Below, piece by piece: positions 9,941-20,172 of a DNA stretch of 64,000 nucleotides. The notes below the pieces were generated by a model. It had not been told where the DNA came from and made no database searches. It was given only the letters and a program-made list of their open reading frames with translations. Source of the stretch: Candidatus Woesearchaeota archaeon (lineage in GTDB: Archaea > Nanobdellota > Nanobdellia > Woesearchaeales > GW2011-AR15); NCBI GenBank assembly GCA_016928835.1, contig JAFGJW010000001.1, positions 86,306-150,305 on the forward strand, read 5' to 3'. The translations under genes and the position numbers were made by a program. Position 1 is the first letter of the stretch. The number at the start of each line of letters is the position of its first letter.

Positions 9941-10930
9941 ATGCCGACTACAAGACAACCACGCTCAGGTTCACTACAATTTTGGCCCAGGAAAAGAGCA
10001 AGAAGGGCTACTGCTAGAATAAGGACTTTTCCAAAACATACTAAGCCAACATTAGGCGGTTATGCAGGATATAAAGTTGGCATGACACACATTATTGTTG
10101 TTGAGAATAGAAAAAATTCACCGAACAAAGGTAACGAAGTAATGGTTCCAGTTACAATTATTGAATGTCCCTCACTCAAGATACTGTCTGCGAGATTTTA
10201 TAAAAAAACCGTATATGGCTTGAAACTAATTACAGAAATTTTCAAGGAAAGACAAGATAAAGAATTGTCAAGAAGACTATGCCTACCAAAGAAAAAGGAA
10301 AAAAAATCACTTGATAAATTGGATATTAGTTATGATGAAGTGAGAGCACTAGTATATACACAGCCAAAAACAACCTCCTTGGGTAAAAAAAAGCCGGAGA
10401 TATTTGAAGTTAATATTGGTGGATCAAAGGAAGAGCAATATAATTATGTTAAAGAAAATTTTGACAAGGAAATTAATATTAGGGATGTCTTTAATGAAGC
10501 AGATATGGTTGATGTTCATGCAGTGACCAAAGGTAAAGGATATCAAGGCCCAGTTAGAAGATTTGGTATCTCATTGAGGCAAGCTAAATCAGAAAAGGCA
10601 ATAAGGAACCCTGGTTCACTTGGCCCATGGTGCGGGCAGGGGCATGTTATGTGGAGAGTTGCGCACGCTGGAAAGATGGGTTATCACCAAAGAACACATT
10701 ATAATAAACAAATATACAAAATTTCAGATCAGATTGAGGAGATTACACCTGCTGGCGGGTTTTTGAATTATGGTAATCTTAAGAACACATATGTCTTGAT
10801 TAGAGGGTCTGTTCCAGGGCATAGAAAACGACTTGTGCTTATGACTTTTGCTGGAAGGTCTAATAAAAAAGCACCCACCAAAATTCCTGCTATTGAATAT
10901 ATAGGGATTAAATCAAAACAAGGCAGATAG
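9941..10930 (+). CDS. rpl3: 50S ribosomal protein uL3
   Basis: Archaeal L3 N-terminus (PRSGSLQFWPRKRA) and first position in the conserved operon. Confidence 0.9.
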   Translation: MPTTRQPRSGSLQFWPRKRARRATARIRTFPKHTKPTLGGYAGYKVGMTHIIVVENRKNSPNKGNEVMVPVTIIECPSLKILSARFYKKTVYGLKLITEIFKERQDKELSRRLCLPKKKEKKSLDKLDISYDEVRALVYTQPKTTSLGKKKPEIFEVNIGGSKEEQYNYVKENFDKEINIRDVFNEADMVDVHAVTKGKGYQGPVRRFGISLRQAKSEKAIRNPGSLGPWCGQGHVMWRVAHAGKMGYHQRTHYNKQIYKISDQIEEITPAGGFLNYGNLKNTYVLIRGSVPGHRKRLVLMTFAGRSNKKAPTKIPAIEYIGIKSKQGR

Positions 10931-11902
10931 ATGAAAACCGTAGTCAAATCAGTTCAAGGAGAGAAAAAAAAGGATATTGATTTACCTATTCAGTTTAATG
11001 AGAAAATCAGGCCTGATTTAATAAAAAGAGCAGTCCTCGCTGCCCAGAGCCACAGTAGACAGCCTTACGGAGCTATGCCAGATGCTGGAAAAAGGGCCTC
11101 AGTGGATATCTCAAAAAGGAGAAGGGATTATAAGACTTCATACGGTTATGGAATCTCCAGAACGCCAAGAAAAGTGCTTAGCAACAGAGGGACAAGATTT
11201 AACTGGGTTGGAGCTTTTGCGCCACAAACTGTTGGGGGAAGAAGAGCACATCCACCAAAAGCAGAAAAAAAATGGTACAAGAAAATTAATAAGAAAGAGA
11301 GGAGAAAAGCAATCAGGGTTGCATTATCCGCTTCAGTTATTAAGGATTTGGTTCAGGAGAGAGGCCATATCGTTGATGATTATCCGCTGGTTGTAGAGAC
11401 AAAAATTGAAGAAACTGGAAAGACAAGCGAGCTCAAAAATATACTAAATAAACTTGGCATTAAAAAGGAATTATCAAGAACAAACACAAGAAAAGTTCGT
11501 TCAGGAAAAGGGAAACGAAGAGGAAGGAAATATATAAAAAAGACTGGCCCGCTAATAGTTGTTTCAAAAGAATGCGATATATTAAATGCAGCCAGAAATA
11601 TTCCAGGGGTCGAAGCTGAAATAGTCCATAAACTTAATGTGCAATTACTAGCTCCCGGAACAAGGCCTGGAAGGCTTACAATTTATACTGAGGATGCAAT
11701 CCAAAGGATAAAGGACGAAAGGCTTTTTACAGATAAGCCTCTTAAGATGTCTATCAAGAAACAGGAAAAAGTAATCCAAAAAAAGGAAATTAGGGAAAAA
11801 CTAGACAAAGTAGAGAAAAAGGGTGAGTCAACTACAAAAGCATCAAAGAAACTTACTAAATTCAAAAAGACAACAAAAAAATCCACTAAGGCTAAAAAAT
11901 GA
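10931..11902 (+). CDS. rpl4: 50S ribosomal protein uL4 with a Lys-rich C-terminal extension
   Basis: L4 core with operon position after L3. The C-terminal approx 70 aa form a K/E-rich low-complexity tail. Confidence 0.85.
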   Translation: MKTVVKSVQGEKKKDIDLPIQFNEKIRPDLIKRAVLAAQSHSRQPYGAMPDAGKRASVDISKRRRDYKTSYGYGISRTPRKVLSNRGTRFNWVGAFAPQTVGGRRAHPPKAEKKWYKKINKKERRKAIRVALSASVIKDLVQERGHIVDDYPLVVETKIEETGKTSELKNILNKLGIKKELSRTNTRKVRSGKGKRRGRKYIKKTGPLIVVSKECDILNAARNIPGVEAEIVHKLNVQLLAPGTRPGRLTIYTEDAIQRIKDERLFTDKPLKMSIKKQEKVIQKKEIREKLDKVEKKGESTTKASKKLTKFKKTTKKSTKAKK

Positions 11903-12156
11903 GTATTAAAATAATCAAGTATCCTCTATCAACAGAAAAATCAATAAGATTGATGGAATCAGATAATACCCTGATATTTATTGTAGACAATAAATCAAAC
12001 AAGAAACAGATTAAAGAAGAAATAGAGAAGCTCTACAAAGCCAAAGTAAAGCGTGTTAATACAACAATTGGACCAGATACCAAAAAAAGAGCATATGTAA
12101 AATTTGACGATGAGACTCCAGCAATTGATATAGCAACACAACTTGGCATTATGTAG
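11899..12156 (+). CDS. rpl23: 50S ribosomal protein uL23
   Basis: 85 aa with operon position and L23 fold motifs (KYPLSTEKS...KAYVKF). Confidence 0.85.
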   Translation: MSIKIIKYPLSTEKSIRLMESDNTLIFIVDNKSNKKQIKEEIEKLYKAKVKRVNTTIGPDTKKRAYVKFDDETPAIDIATQLGIM

Positions 12157-12167
12157 CCTCAGAAAAA

Positions 12168-12875
12168 ATGGGTAAGAACTTAATTCAGCAGGCGCGTGGC
12201 AAAGGTGGCCCAACCTACAGGGCACCTAGCTTTAAGTATAAGGCTAAGGTTGAGTACATATTTAGTGCTAAGAGTGCAGAGATTGTCAACTTTGTGAAAT
12301 GCAGAGGCCATTCAGCACCTCTTGCCTATGTAAAATATGATTCAGGTGAAACAGGCTATTTGATTGCGGCAGAAGGTCTTCGGGTTGGAGATATCTTGAC
12401 TTTTGAGAGCAGTGCCTCTTCAATTGTTGGAAATACAATGAGATTAGAGGAGATTCCTATAGGTACAAATATATTTAATATAGAGAGCGTTCCAGGAGAT
12501 GGAGGTAAATTTATTAGAAGCAGTGGAACATTCGGAAAAGTTTTAGCTAAAATGAGAAACAAGGTTATTGTTCAGTTGCCTTCAAAAAAGGAGAGAAGTT
12601 TTGACCCGAAATGTAGAGCCACAATAGGTGTGATAGCAGGGAGTGGAAGAAAAGAAAAACCGTTTTTAAAGGCAGGCAGGAAATATCACTATATGAAAGC
12701 AAGAAACAAATTGTATCCAAAAGTAGGGGGACTTGCTATGAATGCAGTTGACCATCCTTATGGTACCTCAAGATCCTCTAAAAAAGGCCATCCTACAATA
12801 GCAAGAAAAAATGCACCACCTGGTGCAAAAGTCGGAAAATTAAGACCCAGAAGGACAGGTAGGAGGAAGAAGTAA
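12168..12875 (+). CDS. rpl2: 50S ribosomal protein uL2
   Basis: L2 signature region ([24 protein letters not shown]). Confidence 0.9.
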   Translation: MGKNLIQQARGKGGPTYRAPSFKYKAKVEYIFSAKSAEIVNFVKCRGHSAPLAYVKYDSGETGYLIAAEGLRVGDILTFESSASSIVGNTMRLEEIPIGTNIFNIESVPGDGGKFIRSSGTFGKVLAKMRNKVIVQLPSKKERSFDPKCRATIGVIAGSGRKEKPFLKAGRKYHYMKARNKLYPKVGGLAMNAVDHPYGTSRSSKKGHPTIARKNAPPGAKVGKLRPRRTGRRKK

Positions 12876-12877
12876 CC

Positions 12878-13261
12878 ATGGCAAAAAAAGAATTTACATA
12901 TTATGGGAAAACACCAGAAGAGCTTCAAGAGATGTCACTTACAGAGTTTTCAAAGTACCTCTCTAGCAGAAAAAGGAGAAGTGTAAAGAGAGGATTATCA
13001 GAAGAGCATAAAAAACTTTTGAATAAGATATCAAAGCAGGATAAGAATATAAAAACCCACTGTAGAGATATTATTATTGTGCCAGCAATGGTAGGAACTA
13101 TTATAAAAGTATATGATGGCAGGGAGTTTGTCCCAATATCAATCACCGCAGAAATGCTTGGCCATTACCTTGGGGAATTTGCCCTAACAAGAAAGAGAGT
13201 TGCACATAATGCTCCTGGCGTTGGAGCTACTCGAAGCAGTGCGGCAATTTCAGTAAGATAA
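12878..13261 (+). CDS. rps19: 30S ribosomal protein uS19
   Basis: S19 motif ([26 protein letters not shown]). Confidence 0.9.
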   Translation: MAKKEFTYYGKTPEELQEMSLTEFSKYLSSRKRRSVKRGLSEEHKKLLNKISKQDKNIKTHCRDIIIVPAMVGTIIKVYDGREFVPISITAEMLGHYLGEFALTRKRVAHNAPGVGATRSSAAISVR

Positions 13262-13262
13262 A

Positions 13263-13712
13263 ATGAGATACAATTATGCTGTAAAACAAATAACGGAGAA
13301 TTCAGCCAAAGCAGTTGGCAGGAACCTTAGCATATCGACCAGAATGTCAGTTGAGATATGCAACTATCTTAGAGGAAAAAAGGTGAGTCAGGCCAAAAAT
13401 ATACTTGAACAAGTGATTCAGAAAAAACATGCAGTCCCAATAAGAAGATTCGGTGACAGCACAGCTCACAAGCCAGGAATTGGAGCTGGCAAATATCCAA
13501 TAAAGGCTGCGAAAGGGATATTAGCAGTCATTCAGAATGCAGAGTCAAATGCGCAAAACAAGGGACTCAGCACACATCACCTAGTAATTTCACATATACT
13601 TGCACATAAAGCATCAGCTCCTTGGCATTATGGGAGACATACAAGAAGAAAAATGAAAAGAAGCCATATAGAGATAGTGGTTTCAGAAGAAAAGGAAAAA
13701 GAAAAAAAATGA
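13263..13712 (+). CDS. rpl22: 50S ribosomal protein uL22
   Basis: Operon position and L22 core, with a short KEKEKK tail. Confidence 0.85.
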   Translation: MRYNYAVKQITENSAKAVGRNLSISTRMSVEICNYLRGKKVSQAKNILEQVIQKKHAVPIRRFGDSTAHKPGIGAGKYPIKAAKGILAVIQNAESNAQNKGLSTHHLVISHILAHKASAPWHYGRHTRRKMKRSHIEIVVSEEKEKEKK

Positions 13713-14428
13713 TGGAAAGAGAATTTATTACACGTAATCTGAAAGAATTTGAGATTCAAGAATATGTCAAAGCATCATTAAGAGGCGTTGGTCTTAGTGA
13801 TATTAAGATTCAGAGGACACCACTTGGTGAGAAAATCATTATATCAGCATCAAGACCAGGATTAATTATTGGTGGCGGTGGCTCAAATATCAAGAAACTC
13901 ACAAAGAACCTTAAAAGAGAGTTTAATCTAGAAAACCCTCAAATAGAGATCAATGAAGTACAAGACCAAAATCTTGTGGCCCAGGTTGTTGCAGAGCGTA
14001 TTTCCATATCCCTTGAAAAATATGGTTCAGTTCGATTTAAAAGCATAGGACATAGAATTATGGGGGATGTCATGAATTCAGGTGCACTCGGCATTGAAAT
14101 TTTGATTTCAGGTAAAATTCCAAGTGCTAGGGCTAGAACATGGAGATTTTACCAAGGATATCTTAAGAAATGCGGGGATCCTGCACTTACACAGGTTGAT
14201 GTTGCGTATAAAGCAGCAAAATTAAAATCAGGAGTTGTAGGAATCAAGGTAAGCATAATGCCACCAGATACAAGATTGCCTGATGATATAAAAATTTTGG
14301 AATTTCAAGAGACACCAGGTTTGGAAGAAGTTGAAGTTAAAGAAGATGAGAATAAAGACAAAGAAAAGGAAGAGAAGGTACAAAAATTAGAAAATGAAGA
14401 TAAAGGAGATAAGGGCAAAAAAGCCTGA
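13709..14428 (+). CDS. rps3: 30S ribosomal protein uS3 (KH domain), acidic/Lys-rich C-terminal tail
   Basis: KH motif (GLIIGGGGSNIKKL). The ATG at 13709 overlaps the uL22 stop (ATGA). The ORF-track start at 13622 is probably an in-frame upstream artefact. Confidence 0.85.
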   Translation: MMEREFITRNLKEFEIQEYVKASLRGVGLSDIKIQRTPLGEKIIISASRPGLIIGGGGSNIKKLTKNLKREFNLENPQIEINEVQDQNLVAQVVAERISISLEKYGSVRFKSIGHRIMGDVMNSGALGIEILISGKIPSARARTWRFYQGYLKKCGDPALTQVDVAYKAAKLKSGVVGIKVSIMPPDTRLPDDIKILEFQETPGLEEVEVKEDENKDKEKEEKVQKLENEDKGDKGKKA

Positions 14429-14582
14429 GGAGTTAAAGGAAAGATTGGGAGAGTTAAGGAGAGAGTTGATTAAACTTAACACTCAAATTGCTACAGGGAC
14501 GACCTTAAAAAGCCCTGGACAAGTAAAAAAAATTAAAAAAACAATAGCTAGAATATTGACCGTATTAAATAAAAATGAGTGA
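14394..14582 (+). CDS. rpl29: 50S ribosomal protein uL29
   Basis: 62 aa (ELKERLGELRRELIKL), position after S3. Confidence 0.85.
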   Translation: MKIKEIRAKKPEELKERLGELRRELIKLNTQIATGTTLKSPGQVKKIKKTIARILTVLNKNE

Positions 14583-14883
14583 AATATGCGTTACATGTGG
14601 GTTACCCAAAGATTTGTGTGTTTGTGAAAGCATAGCAAAAGAGACCCAGAATATCGAGATCAAAATCGTCAAGAAAAAATTTGGGAAAAAGAACACGTTG
14701 ATAGAAGGAATCGACCAAAAACAGATAGATATTAAAGAATTGACAAAAAAGCTTAAGAATCAGCTTGCCTGCGGTGGAACTACAAAAGAAGGAATTATTG
14801 AGCTGCAGGGAGATCACAAACACAAAGTCAAAGACTTATTGGTGGAAAAAGGTTTCCCACCTGAAACAATAAAAGTGAAATAA
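14575..14883 (+). CDS. translation initiation factor SUI1 (aSUI1/eIF1)
   Basis: N-terminal CxxC...CxC motif followed by the SUI1 fold (IKIVKKKFGKKNTLIEGID). It sits at the conserved archaeal position between L29 and Rpp29. Confidence 0.7.
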   Translation: MSEICVTCGLPKDLCVCESIAKETQNIEIKIVKKKFGKKNTLIEGIDQKQIDIKELTKKLKNQLACGGTTKEGIIELQGDHKHKVKDLLVEKGFPPETIKVK

Positions 14884-15113
14884 TGAACGAAAAAATCCCG
14901 ATAGGGGAGTTCATTGGTAGAAAAGTAAGAATACAATACAATAAAAAAGAATTTGAAGGAATTATAATTGATGAAACAAAAAATACATTTGCCCTAAAAA
15001 CATTGAATGGAGTGAAAAAGATCATAAAAAACAATGCAATCATCGAGATTGACAGAATTCAAATTCATGGCAAAAACCTTATGAAGAGGCCTGAAGATAG
15101 AATCAAGATGTGA
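14883..15113 (+). CDS. RNase P protein component 1 (Rpp29/Pop4-like)
   Basis: GRKVRIQ...EGIIIDETKNTF...IIKNNAIIEI resembles the Rpp29 Sm-like barrel. It occupies the conserved slot between SUI1 and S17. Confidence 0.55.
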   Translation: MNEKIPIGEFIGRKVRIQYNKKEFEGIIIDETKNTFALKTLNGVKKIIKNNAIIEIDRIQIHGKNLMKRPEDRIKM

Positions 15114-15433
15114 TTTATATGACAAAAGCAAAAGATGCAACAGTTGATTGCCAAGATAACCATTGTCCGGTCCATGGTCATCTAAAATTGAGAGGAAGGT
15201 CCTTTCTAGGAACCGTGCTCTCAGCCAAGATGCAGAGAACAGCAATCATTAAATGGGAAAGAAAGAGCTTTGTTAAGAAATATGAGAGATATGAGACAAA
15301 GAGAACTAAAGTCAAGGTACATAATCCAGATTGCATTAATGCAAAAGAGGGCGATATTGTTAAGATAATTGAGTCAAGACCTTTAAGTAAAACAAAGAAA
15401 TTTTCCATAATTGAGATAGTCAAGAAAAAATGA
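15110..15433 (+). CDS. rps17: 30S ribosomal protein uS17
   Basis: [29 protein letters not shown] matches the S17 OB fold. Confidence 0.85.
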   Translation: MIYMTKAKDATVDCQDNHCPVHGHLKLRGRSFLGTVLSAKMQRTAIIKWERKSFVKKYERYETKRTKVKVHNPDCINAKEGDIVKIIESRPLSKTKKFSIIEIVKKK

Positions 15434-15831
15434 AAGCACTTAGATCAACCGTAACAAGAGCATTGCCAGTTGGCGCCACACTAAATGTATGTGATAATTC
15501 AGGTGCTAAGGAAATTGAGATAATCTCTATAAGAGGTTATAAAGGAGTTAAAAGAAGAAAACCTGCGGGGGGAGTAGGCGATTTTATTAATGCTGCTGTG
15601 AAAAAAGGCAGGCCAGATATGATGAAACAAGTAGTACCAGCAATTATTGTGAGACAAAAGAAGGAATATCGGAGACCAAATGGAACACGAATTAAATTCG
15701 AAGATAATGCAGCAGTCATACTAAAAGATGATAAAGGAAACCCTAAAGGCACAATTTTCAAAGGGCCAATAGCAAAGGAGGCAACCGAAAGATGGCCAGC
15801 GGTGGCAAAAGTAGCTAGTATTATTATATAA
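15430..15831 (+). CDS. rpl14: 50S ribosomal protein uL14
   Basis: [10 protein letters not shown]...AAVKKGRPD is an L14 signature. Confidence 0.9.
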   Translation: MKALRSTVTRALPVGATLNVCDNSGAKEIEIISIRGYKGVKRRKPAGGVGDFINAAVKKGRPDMMKQVVPAIIVRQKKEYRRPNGTRIKFEDNAAVILKDDKGNPKGTIFKGPIAKEATERWPAVAKVASIII

Positions 15832-15832
15832 A

Positions 15833-16213
15833 ATGAAAACAAAATTTTCAACAAACTGGAAAAGCAGTACGCAACCGAGGAAACAACGTAAGTATAGGTA
15901 CAATGCTCCTAAGCATATTAAGGGAAAAAATTTAGGTTCACATCTCACCCAAGATTTACGGAAAAAATATGGCAAAAGAAGTGTGAGAATAAGAACAGGA
16001 GACAAAGTAAAAATAATGAGAGGACAATTCAGGGGAAAAACAGGAAAAGTTGAGAAAGTAAATGTAAAAACAGAGAAGGTATTTATCTCAAATATTGCAA
16101 TTGAAAAGAGGGACGGAACAAAAGTCGCGTATCCTATACATGCATCCAATCTTATGATTACTGAGTTGAATCTGCAGGATAAAAGAAGAACAGATATCTT
16201 AAAGAGGAAGTAA
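15833..16213 (+). CDS. rpl24: 50S ribosomal protein uL24 (KOW)
   Basis: KOW motif (GDKVKIMRGQFRGKTGKV). Confidence 0.85.
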   Translation: MKTKFSTNWKSSTQPRKQRKYRYNAPKHIKGKNLGSHLTQDLRKKYGKRSVRIRTGDKVKIMRGQFRGKTGKVEKVNVKTEKVFISNIAIEKRDGTKVAYPIHASNLMITELNLQDKRRTDILKRK

Positions 16214-16214
16214 G

Positions 16215-16910
16215 ATGGTAAAGAAACATATGAAGAGACAGACAGTACCAAAAACATGGCCTATTCAGAGGAAAGGCTCAAAATTCATAACAAGACCTGT
16301 CCCAGGCAAATCATTCACACTAAGTATTCCTATTAATGTTATATTTAAAAATATATTAAAATACTGCAAAACAACAAAGGAAGTAAAAAATATCTTGAAT
16401 GACAAGGAGATTCTAATTGATGCGAAAAGAGTATTAGACCCGCGCGCCCTTGTCGGATTTGGAGATGTTCTTTCTGTCCCAATATCCAATAAGTTTTTCA
16501 GGCTGACTATGAGCAATAAAGGTAGACTCAACTTAACAGAGATTGATAAGAAAGAGGCCAATCAGAAACCCTGTAAGATAATAGGGAAAAAAGTGTTAAA
16601 AAAAGGCATAGTCCAGCTCAACCTTAATGACAGCAGAAACATCCTGGTTAAAAAAGATGATTACAAAAAAGGAGACAGTATAATATTAGAACTTCCGTCC
16701 CAAAAAATTATTGAGCACTTAAGCCTAAGCCCAAAGCATGTTATTATGCTCACTGGAGGGAAGCATACTGGTAAGACAGGAGTTGTCGAGAATATTAAGG
16801 GGAAGGAGATCTATTTTAAGACTATTTCGGGAGATACAATAATTACAAATAAGAAATTTGCCTTTGTTATTGGAAAGGAGAAACCTTTACTAAAGATTCA
16901 AAATGAATAA
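16215..16910 (+). CDS. rps4e: 30S ribosomal protein eS4
   Basis: HMKRQTVPKTWPIQRKGSKFITRP N-terminus typical of S4e. Confidence 0.85.
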   Translation: MVKKHMKRQTVPKTWPIQRKGSKFITRPVPGKSFTLSIPINVIFKNILKYCKTTKEVKNILNDKEILIDAKRVLDPRALVGFGDVLSVPISNKFFRLTMSNKGRLNLTEIDKKEANQKPCKIIGKKVLKKGIVQLNLNDSRNILVKKDDYKKGDSIILELPSQKIIEHLSLSPKHVIMLTGGKHTGKTGVVENIKGKEIYFKTISGDTIITNKKFAFVIGKEKPLLKIQNE

Positions 16911-17415
16911 AATGAAACAGATTCGAATAGAAAAAGTAACAATTAATCTAGGAACAGGTACAGACCAAGAGAAACTGAAAAAGGCAATGAAACTTGTCCA
17001 AAACCTTACTGGTGTGGTTCCTGTTAAAACACATAGTAAAAAAAGGATTCCCTCATGGAACTTGAGGCCGGGGTTGCCAATTGGATGTAAAACTACGCTA
17101 CGGGGAGAAAAAGCAATCGGATTGTTGAAAAGGCTACTTATGGCAAAAGAGAATTTGCTTTCTGAAAATTCCTTTGGAGAAGAGGGTAATGTTTCGTTTG
17201 GCATTCCAGAATATATTGACATCCCAGAGTTGAATTATGATCCAGAAATTGGGATTATGGGGCTGCAGGTTTGTGTTACTCTTGAAAGACCAGGATATAG
17301 AGTAAAGAGAAGAAAAAACTCAAAACGTAAAATATCAAAGAGTCATTTAATAACAAAGCAAGAAAGTGTTGATTTTTTTAAGGAAAATTTTGGTGTTGGT
17401 GTGGAGGAATCATAA
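16903..17415 (+). CDS. rpl5: 50S ribosomal protein uL5
   Basis: L5 motifs ([12 protein letters not shown] ... FGIPEYIDI). Confidence 0.85.
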   Translation: MNKMKQIRIEKVTINLGTGTDQEKLKKAMKLVQNLTGVVPVKTHSKKRIPSWNLRPGLPIGCKTTLRGEKAIGLLKRLLMAKENLLSENSFGEEGNVSFGIPEYIDIPELNYDPEIGIMGLQVCVTLERPGYRVKRRKNSKRKISKSHLITKQESVDFFKENFGVGVEES

Positions 17416-17651
17416 TGACAACTAGCGACCATACAAAAGTGCTTAAGCAGATAAAAGGAAAGCCTGCTAAACTAAAAAGATTCAATAAATACAATACTCC
17501 TAAAGACAGGAGCTGCGGCAGAAAAAATACGAAATGCAGAAGATGTGGCAGAACAGGTGTAGGCGGTTTTATTAATAAATATGGTTTGAACCTATGCAGG
17601 TGCTGTTTTAGAGACATTGCCACAGAATTAGGATTTAAGAAATATAGTTAA
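17415..17651 (+). CDS. rps14: 30S ribosomal protein uS14 (zinc type)
   Basis: CxxC...CxxC (CRRCGR...CRCCFR). Confidence 0.85.
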   Translation: MTTSDHTKVLKQIKGKPAKLKRFNKYNTPKDRSCGRKNTKCRRCGRTGVGGFINKYGLNLCRCCFRDIATELGFKKYS

Positions 17652-17652
17652 G

Positions 17653-18054
17653 GTGAAGCGTATGAGTCTAAACGATCCATTGGCTAATATCTTGTCAAGT
17701 ATAGAGCTTGCTGAGAAGAGCGGGAAACAGCAAGTGTTAGCCAGTCCTAGCTCTAAACTTATCAAGAATGTCTTGAAGATTATGCAGTCAAATCATTATA
17801 TAGGAGATTTCAAGGAAATAAATAATAATAAAGGAGGAATACTCGAGATTAACCTAATAGGCGCGATTAATAAATGTGGCACAGTTAAGCCTAGGTACAA
17901 TGTCTCTCTGGTAAATTATAAGAAATTCGAAAAACGCTATCTTCCAGCGTTTGGTTTTGGCATATTACTTGTTAGTACCTCTAAGGGTCTTATGACACAT
18001 GAAGAGGCAATAAAAAATAATGTTGGGGGCAAAATTATCGCATTTGTTTATTAA
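17653..18054 (+). CDS. rps8: 30S ribosomal protein uS8
   Basis: MSLNDPLANILSSIELAEK is a typical S8 N-terminus. Confidence 0.85.
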   Translation: MKRMSLNDPLANILSSIELAEKSGKQQVLASPSSKLIKNVLKIMQSNHYIGDFKEINNNKGGILEINLIGAINKCGTVKPRYNVSLVNYKKFEKRYLPAFGFGILLVSTSKGLMTHEEAIKNNVGGKIIAFVY

Positions 18055-18056
18055 AT

Positions 18057-18599
18057 ATGAGAAAGAGAATTGTTGTTGAGATTGAAATTCCAGAAGGGGT
18101 TACACTTAATAGGGAGGGTAACCAGTTCACCATTAAAGGTGAATATGGAGTGGTTAGGAGAAAATTTTATGTTCCTGGCATAATTATCGAGCTCCATGAA
18201 AACAAACTTATTATAACCTCAAAAAAGGTATCCAAACGCGAGAAGACAATTATTCATACTTTTAGGGCACATTTTAATAATGCTTTCAAAGGAGTGCAAC
18301 ATGGATATACATACAAGCTTAGGATATGCTCGGGTCACTTTCCAATGAATGTGTCTTTTAATAATAACCTACTTTCAATTAGCAATTTCCTTGGAGAGAA
18401 GGTGCCTAGGACAGTCAAGATAAATCCAGAAGTCAAAGTGAAAATTGACGGCAGAGAAATCACCTTGGAGGGAAGCGACAAAGAAATGGTTGCCCAGGCA
18501 GCAGCAGACATAGAGCAGCGCACAAGAAGACCTGGTTTTGATAAAAGGATTTTTCAAGATGGGATATATGTTGTCCAAAAAGCAGGAAAGGAGATATAG
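18057..18599 (+). CDS. rpl6: 50S ribosomal protein uL6
   Basis: Two-domain L6 pattern (VEIPEGVTLN..., GYTYKLRI). Confidence 0.85.
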   Translation: MRKRIVVEIEIPEGVTLNREGNQFTIKGEYGVVRRKFYVPGIIIELHENKLIITSKKVSKREKTIIHTFRAHFNNAFKGVQHGYTYKLRICSGHFPMNVSFNNNLLSISNFLGEKVPRTVKINPEVKVKIDGREITLEGSDKEMVAQAAADIEQRTRRPGFDKRIFQDGIYVVQKAGKEI

Positions 18600-19115
18600 A
18601 TGGGAAAAGGTTTTATTAGAGACGATTGGTACAAGAAAAAAAGATTATCTACTAGTTGGAGAAAGCCGCGTGGAGTAAATTCAAAAAGAAGGCTTAAAAA
18701 AGGGAAGGAAAAAATTGTGTCAATTGGCTATGGTTCACCTAAAAGAGAAAAAAACCAGATAAAAGGTAAGGAACCTGTTAGAATAAGTAATCTGTCTCAG
18801 CTCTCAGGCATAAAAAGTGACCAAGGAATTGTAATCTCTGGTAAAATTGGCGCTAAGAAGAGATGTAAACTAATCCAAAAAGCGGTTGAAAACAAAATAA
18901 TGATATTAAATATAAAAGATGCTCAAGCTTATTTGAACAAAATTAAAGAACTGAAAAATAAAAAATCAAAGGAAAAAGAAGAAAAAGAAAAAGCAAAGGT
19001 AAAGAAAGAGGTTACAAAACCTGGAAAAGAGTCGATAGAAGACAAATTAAGTGAAGAAGAAAAGAAAGAGCTCGAGAAAAAAGAAGTGGACAGATTGCTC
19101 ACAAAAAAGTTTTAA
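18600..19115 (+). CDS. rpl32e: 50S ribosomal protein eL32 with K/E-rich C-terminal extension
   Basis: SWRKPRGVNSKRRLKKGK core followed by an approx 60-aa KEKEEKEK tail. Confidence 0.8.
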   Translation: MGKGFIRDDWYKKKRLSTSWRKPRGVNSKRRLKKGKEKIVSIGYGSPKREKNQIKGKEPVRISNLSQLSGIKSDQGIVISGKIGAKKRCKLIQKAVENKIMILNIKDAQAYLNKIKELKNKKSKEKEEKEKAKVKKEVTKPGKESIEDKLSEEEKKELEKKEVDRLLTKKF

Positions 19116-19118
19116 TGG

Positions 19119-19562
19119 TTGAAAATGAAACTAAGCATGCAAAAAAGATTGGCGTCTGATGTGTCAAATGTGTCTAGTAAGAGAGTTAAATTTGATCCGA
19201 ATAGATTAGAAGACATTAGGGAAGCTATAACAAAAAAAGATATCAGAGACCTGATTGAAGAAGGTGCAATTGAGATACTCCCTAAAAGAGGAGTTTCAAG
19301 AGTACGTGCGAGAAAAAGACAAGTCCAGAAAAGAAGCGGGAGACGCAGAGGGCATGGGACAAGAAAAGGTTCACACAACGCAAGGCTTAGTAGCAAAAGA
19401 AGATGGATTAATAGTGTGAGATTGCAGAGGAGTTTTATAAAAGAACTGAGAGATAAGAAAAAAATCTCAAATGAATTTTTCACTGAACTGAGCTTGAAGA
19501 TAAAAGGAGGTTTTTTCAGAAGCAAGAGGCATCTAAAATTATATTTAACAGAGCATAAATAA
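19119..19562 (+). CDS. rpl19e: 50S ribosomal protein eL19
   Basis: MQKRLASDV...RVKFDP N-terminus and operon position. Confidence 0.8.
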   Translation: MKMKLSMQKRLASDVSNVSSKRVKFDPNRLEDIREAITKKDIRDLIEEGAIEILPKRGVSRVRARKRQVQKRSGRRRGHGTRKGSHNARLSSKRRWINSVRLQRSFIKELRDKKKISNEFFTELSLKIKGGFFRSKRHLKLYLTEHK

Positions 19563-19563
19563 A

Positions 19564-20172
19564 ATGGCTAAAAAAAGAATTTATACAGTCTACCACAGGA
19601 GGAAGAGATCAGGAAAAACTAATTATAGAAAAAGAATTGCTCTCCTTAAATCAAACAAGACTAGGTTTGTGGTCAGAAAAAGCAATAGAAACTTAGTTGT
19701 GCAGTTTATTGATTTTTATACTAAGGGAGATAAAGTCTTAGTGACTTTGAACTCTTCAAAATTAGAAGAGTATGGATGGAAACTTAGCAAGAAAAATATT
19801 CCAGCAGCATATCTTCTTGGACTTTTGGCATCTAAGAAAAGTCCTGTTAAAGAAGCAGTGCTTGACATTGGTCTTCATACACCTACTAAGGGAGCCAAAA
19901 TATTTGCTGTATTAAAAGGTGCTGCAGACGGAGGTCTTAATATTCATTATACCGAAGGGAAATTTTCTGATGAAGAAAGAATAAGTGGTGCACATATAGG
20001 AAAGTGGTTAGAGGAATCAAAGAGCAATAAAAAAGAGGGAATATTTTCAACATATATTAAAGAGAAGATAACTGATAAATCAATCAATGATCTTTTTATT
20101 AAAACCAGGGAGAGAATAATAAAAGATGAAAAAGAAAAATCAAGAGGAAGAACAACAACAAAAGGAAAGTGA
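19564..20172 (+). CDS. rpl18: 50S ribosomal protein uL18
   Basis: RRKRSGKTNYRKRIALLKS...RLVVRKSNRN is an L18 signature. Confidence 0.85.
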   Translation: MAKKRIYTVYHRRKRSGKTNYRKRIALLKSNKTRFVVRKSNRNLVVQFIDFYTKGDKVLVTLNSSKLEEYGWKLSKKNIPAAYLLGLLASKKSPVKEAVLDIGLHTPTKGAKIFAVLKGAADGGLNIHYTEGKFSDEERISGAHIGKWLEESKSNKKEGIFSTYIKEKITDKSINDLFIKTRERIIKDEKEKSRGRTTTKGK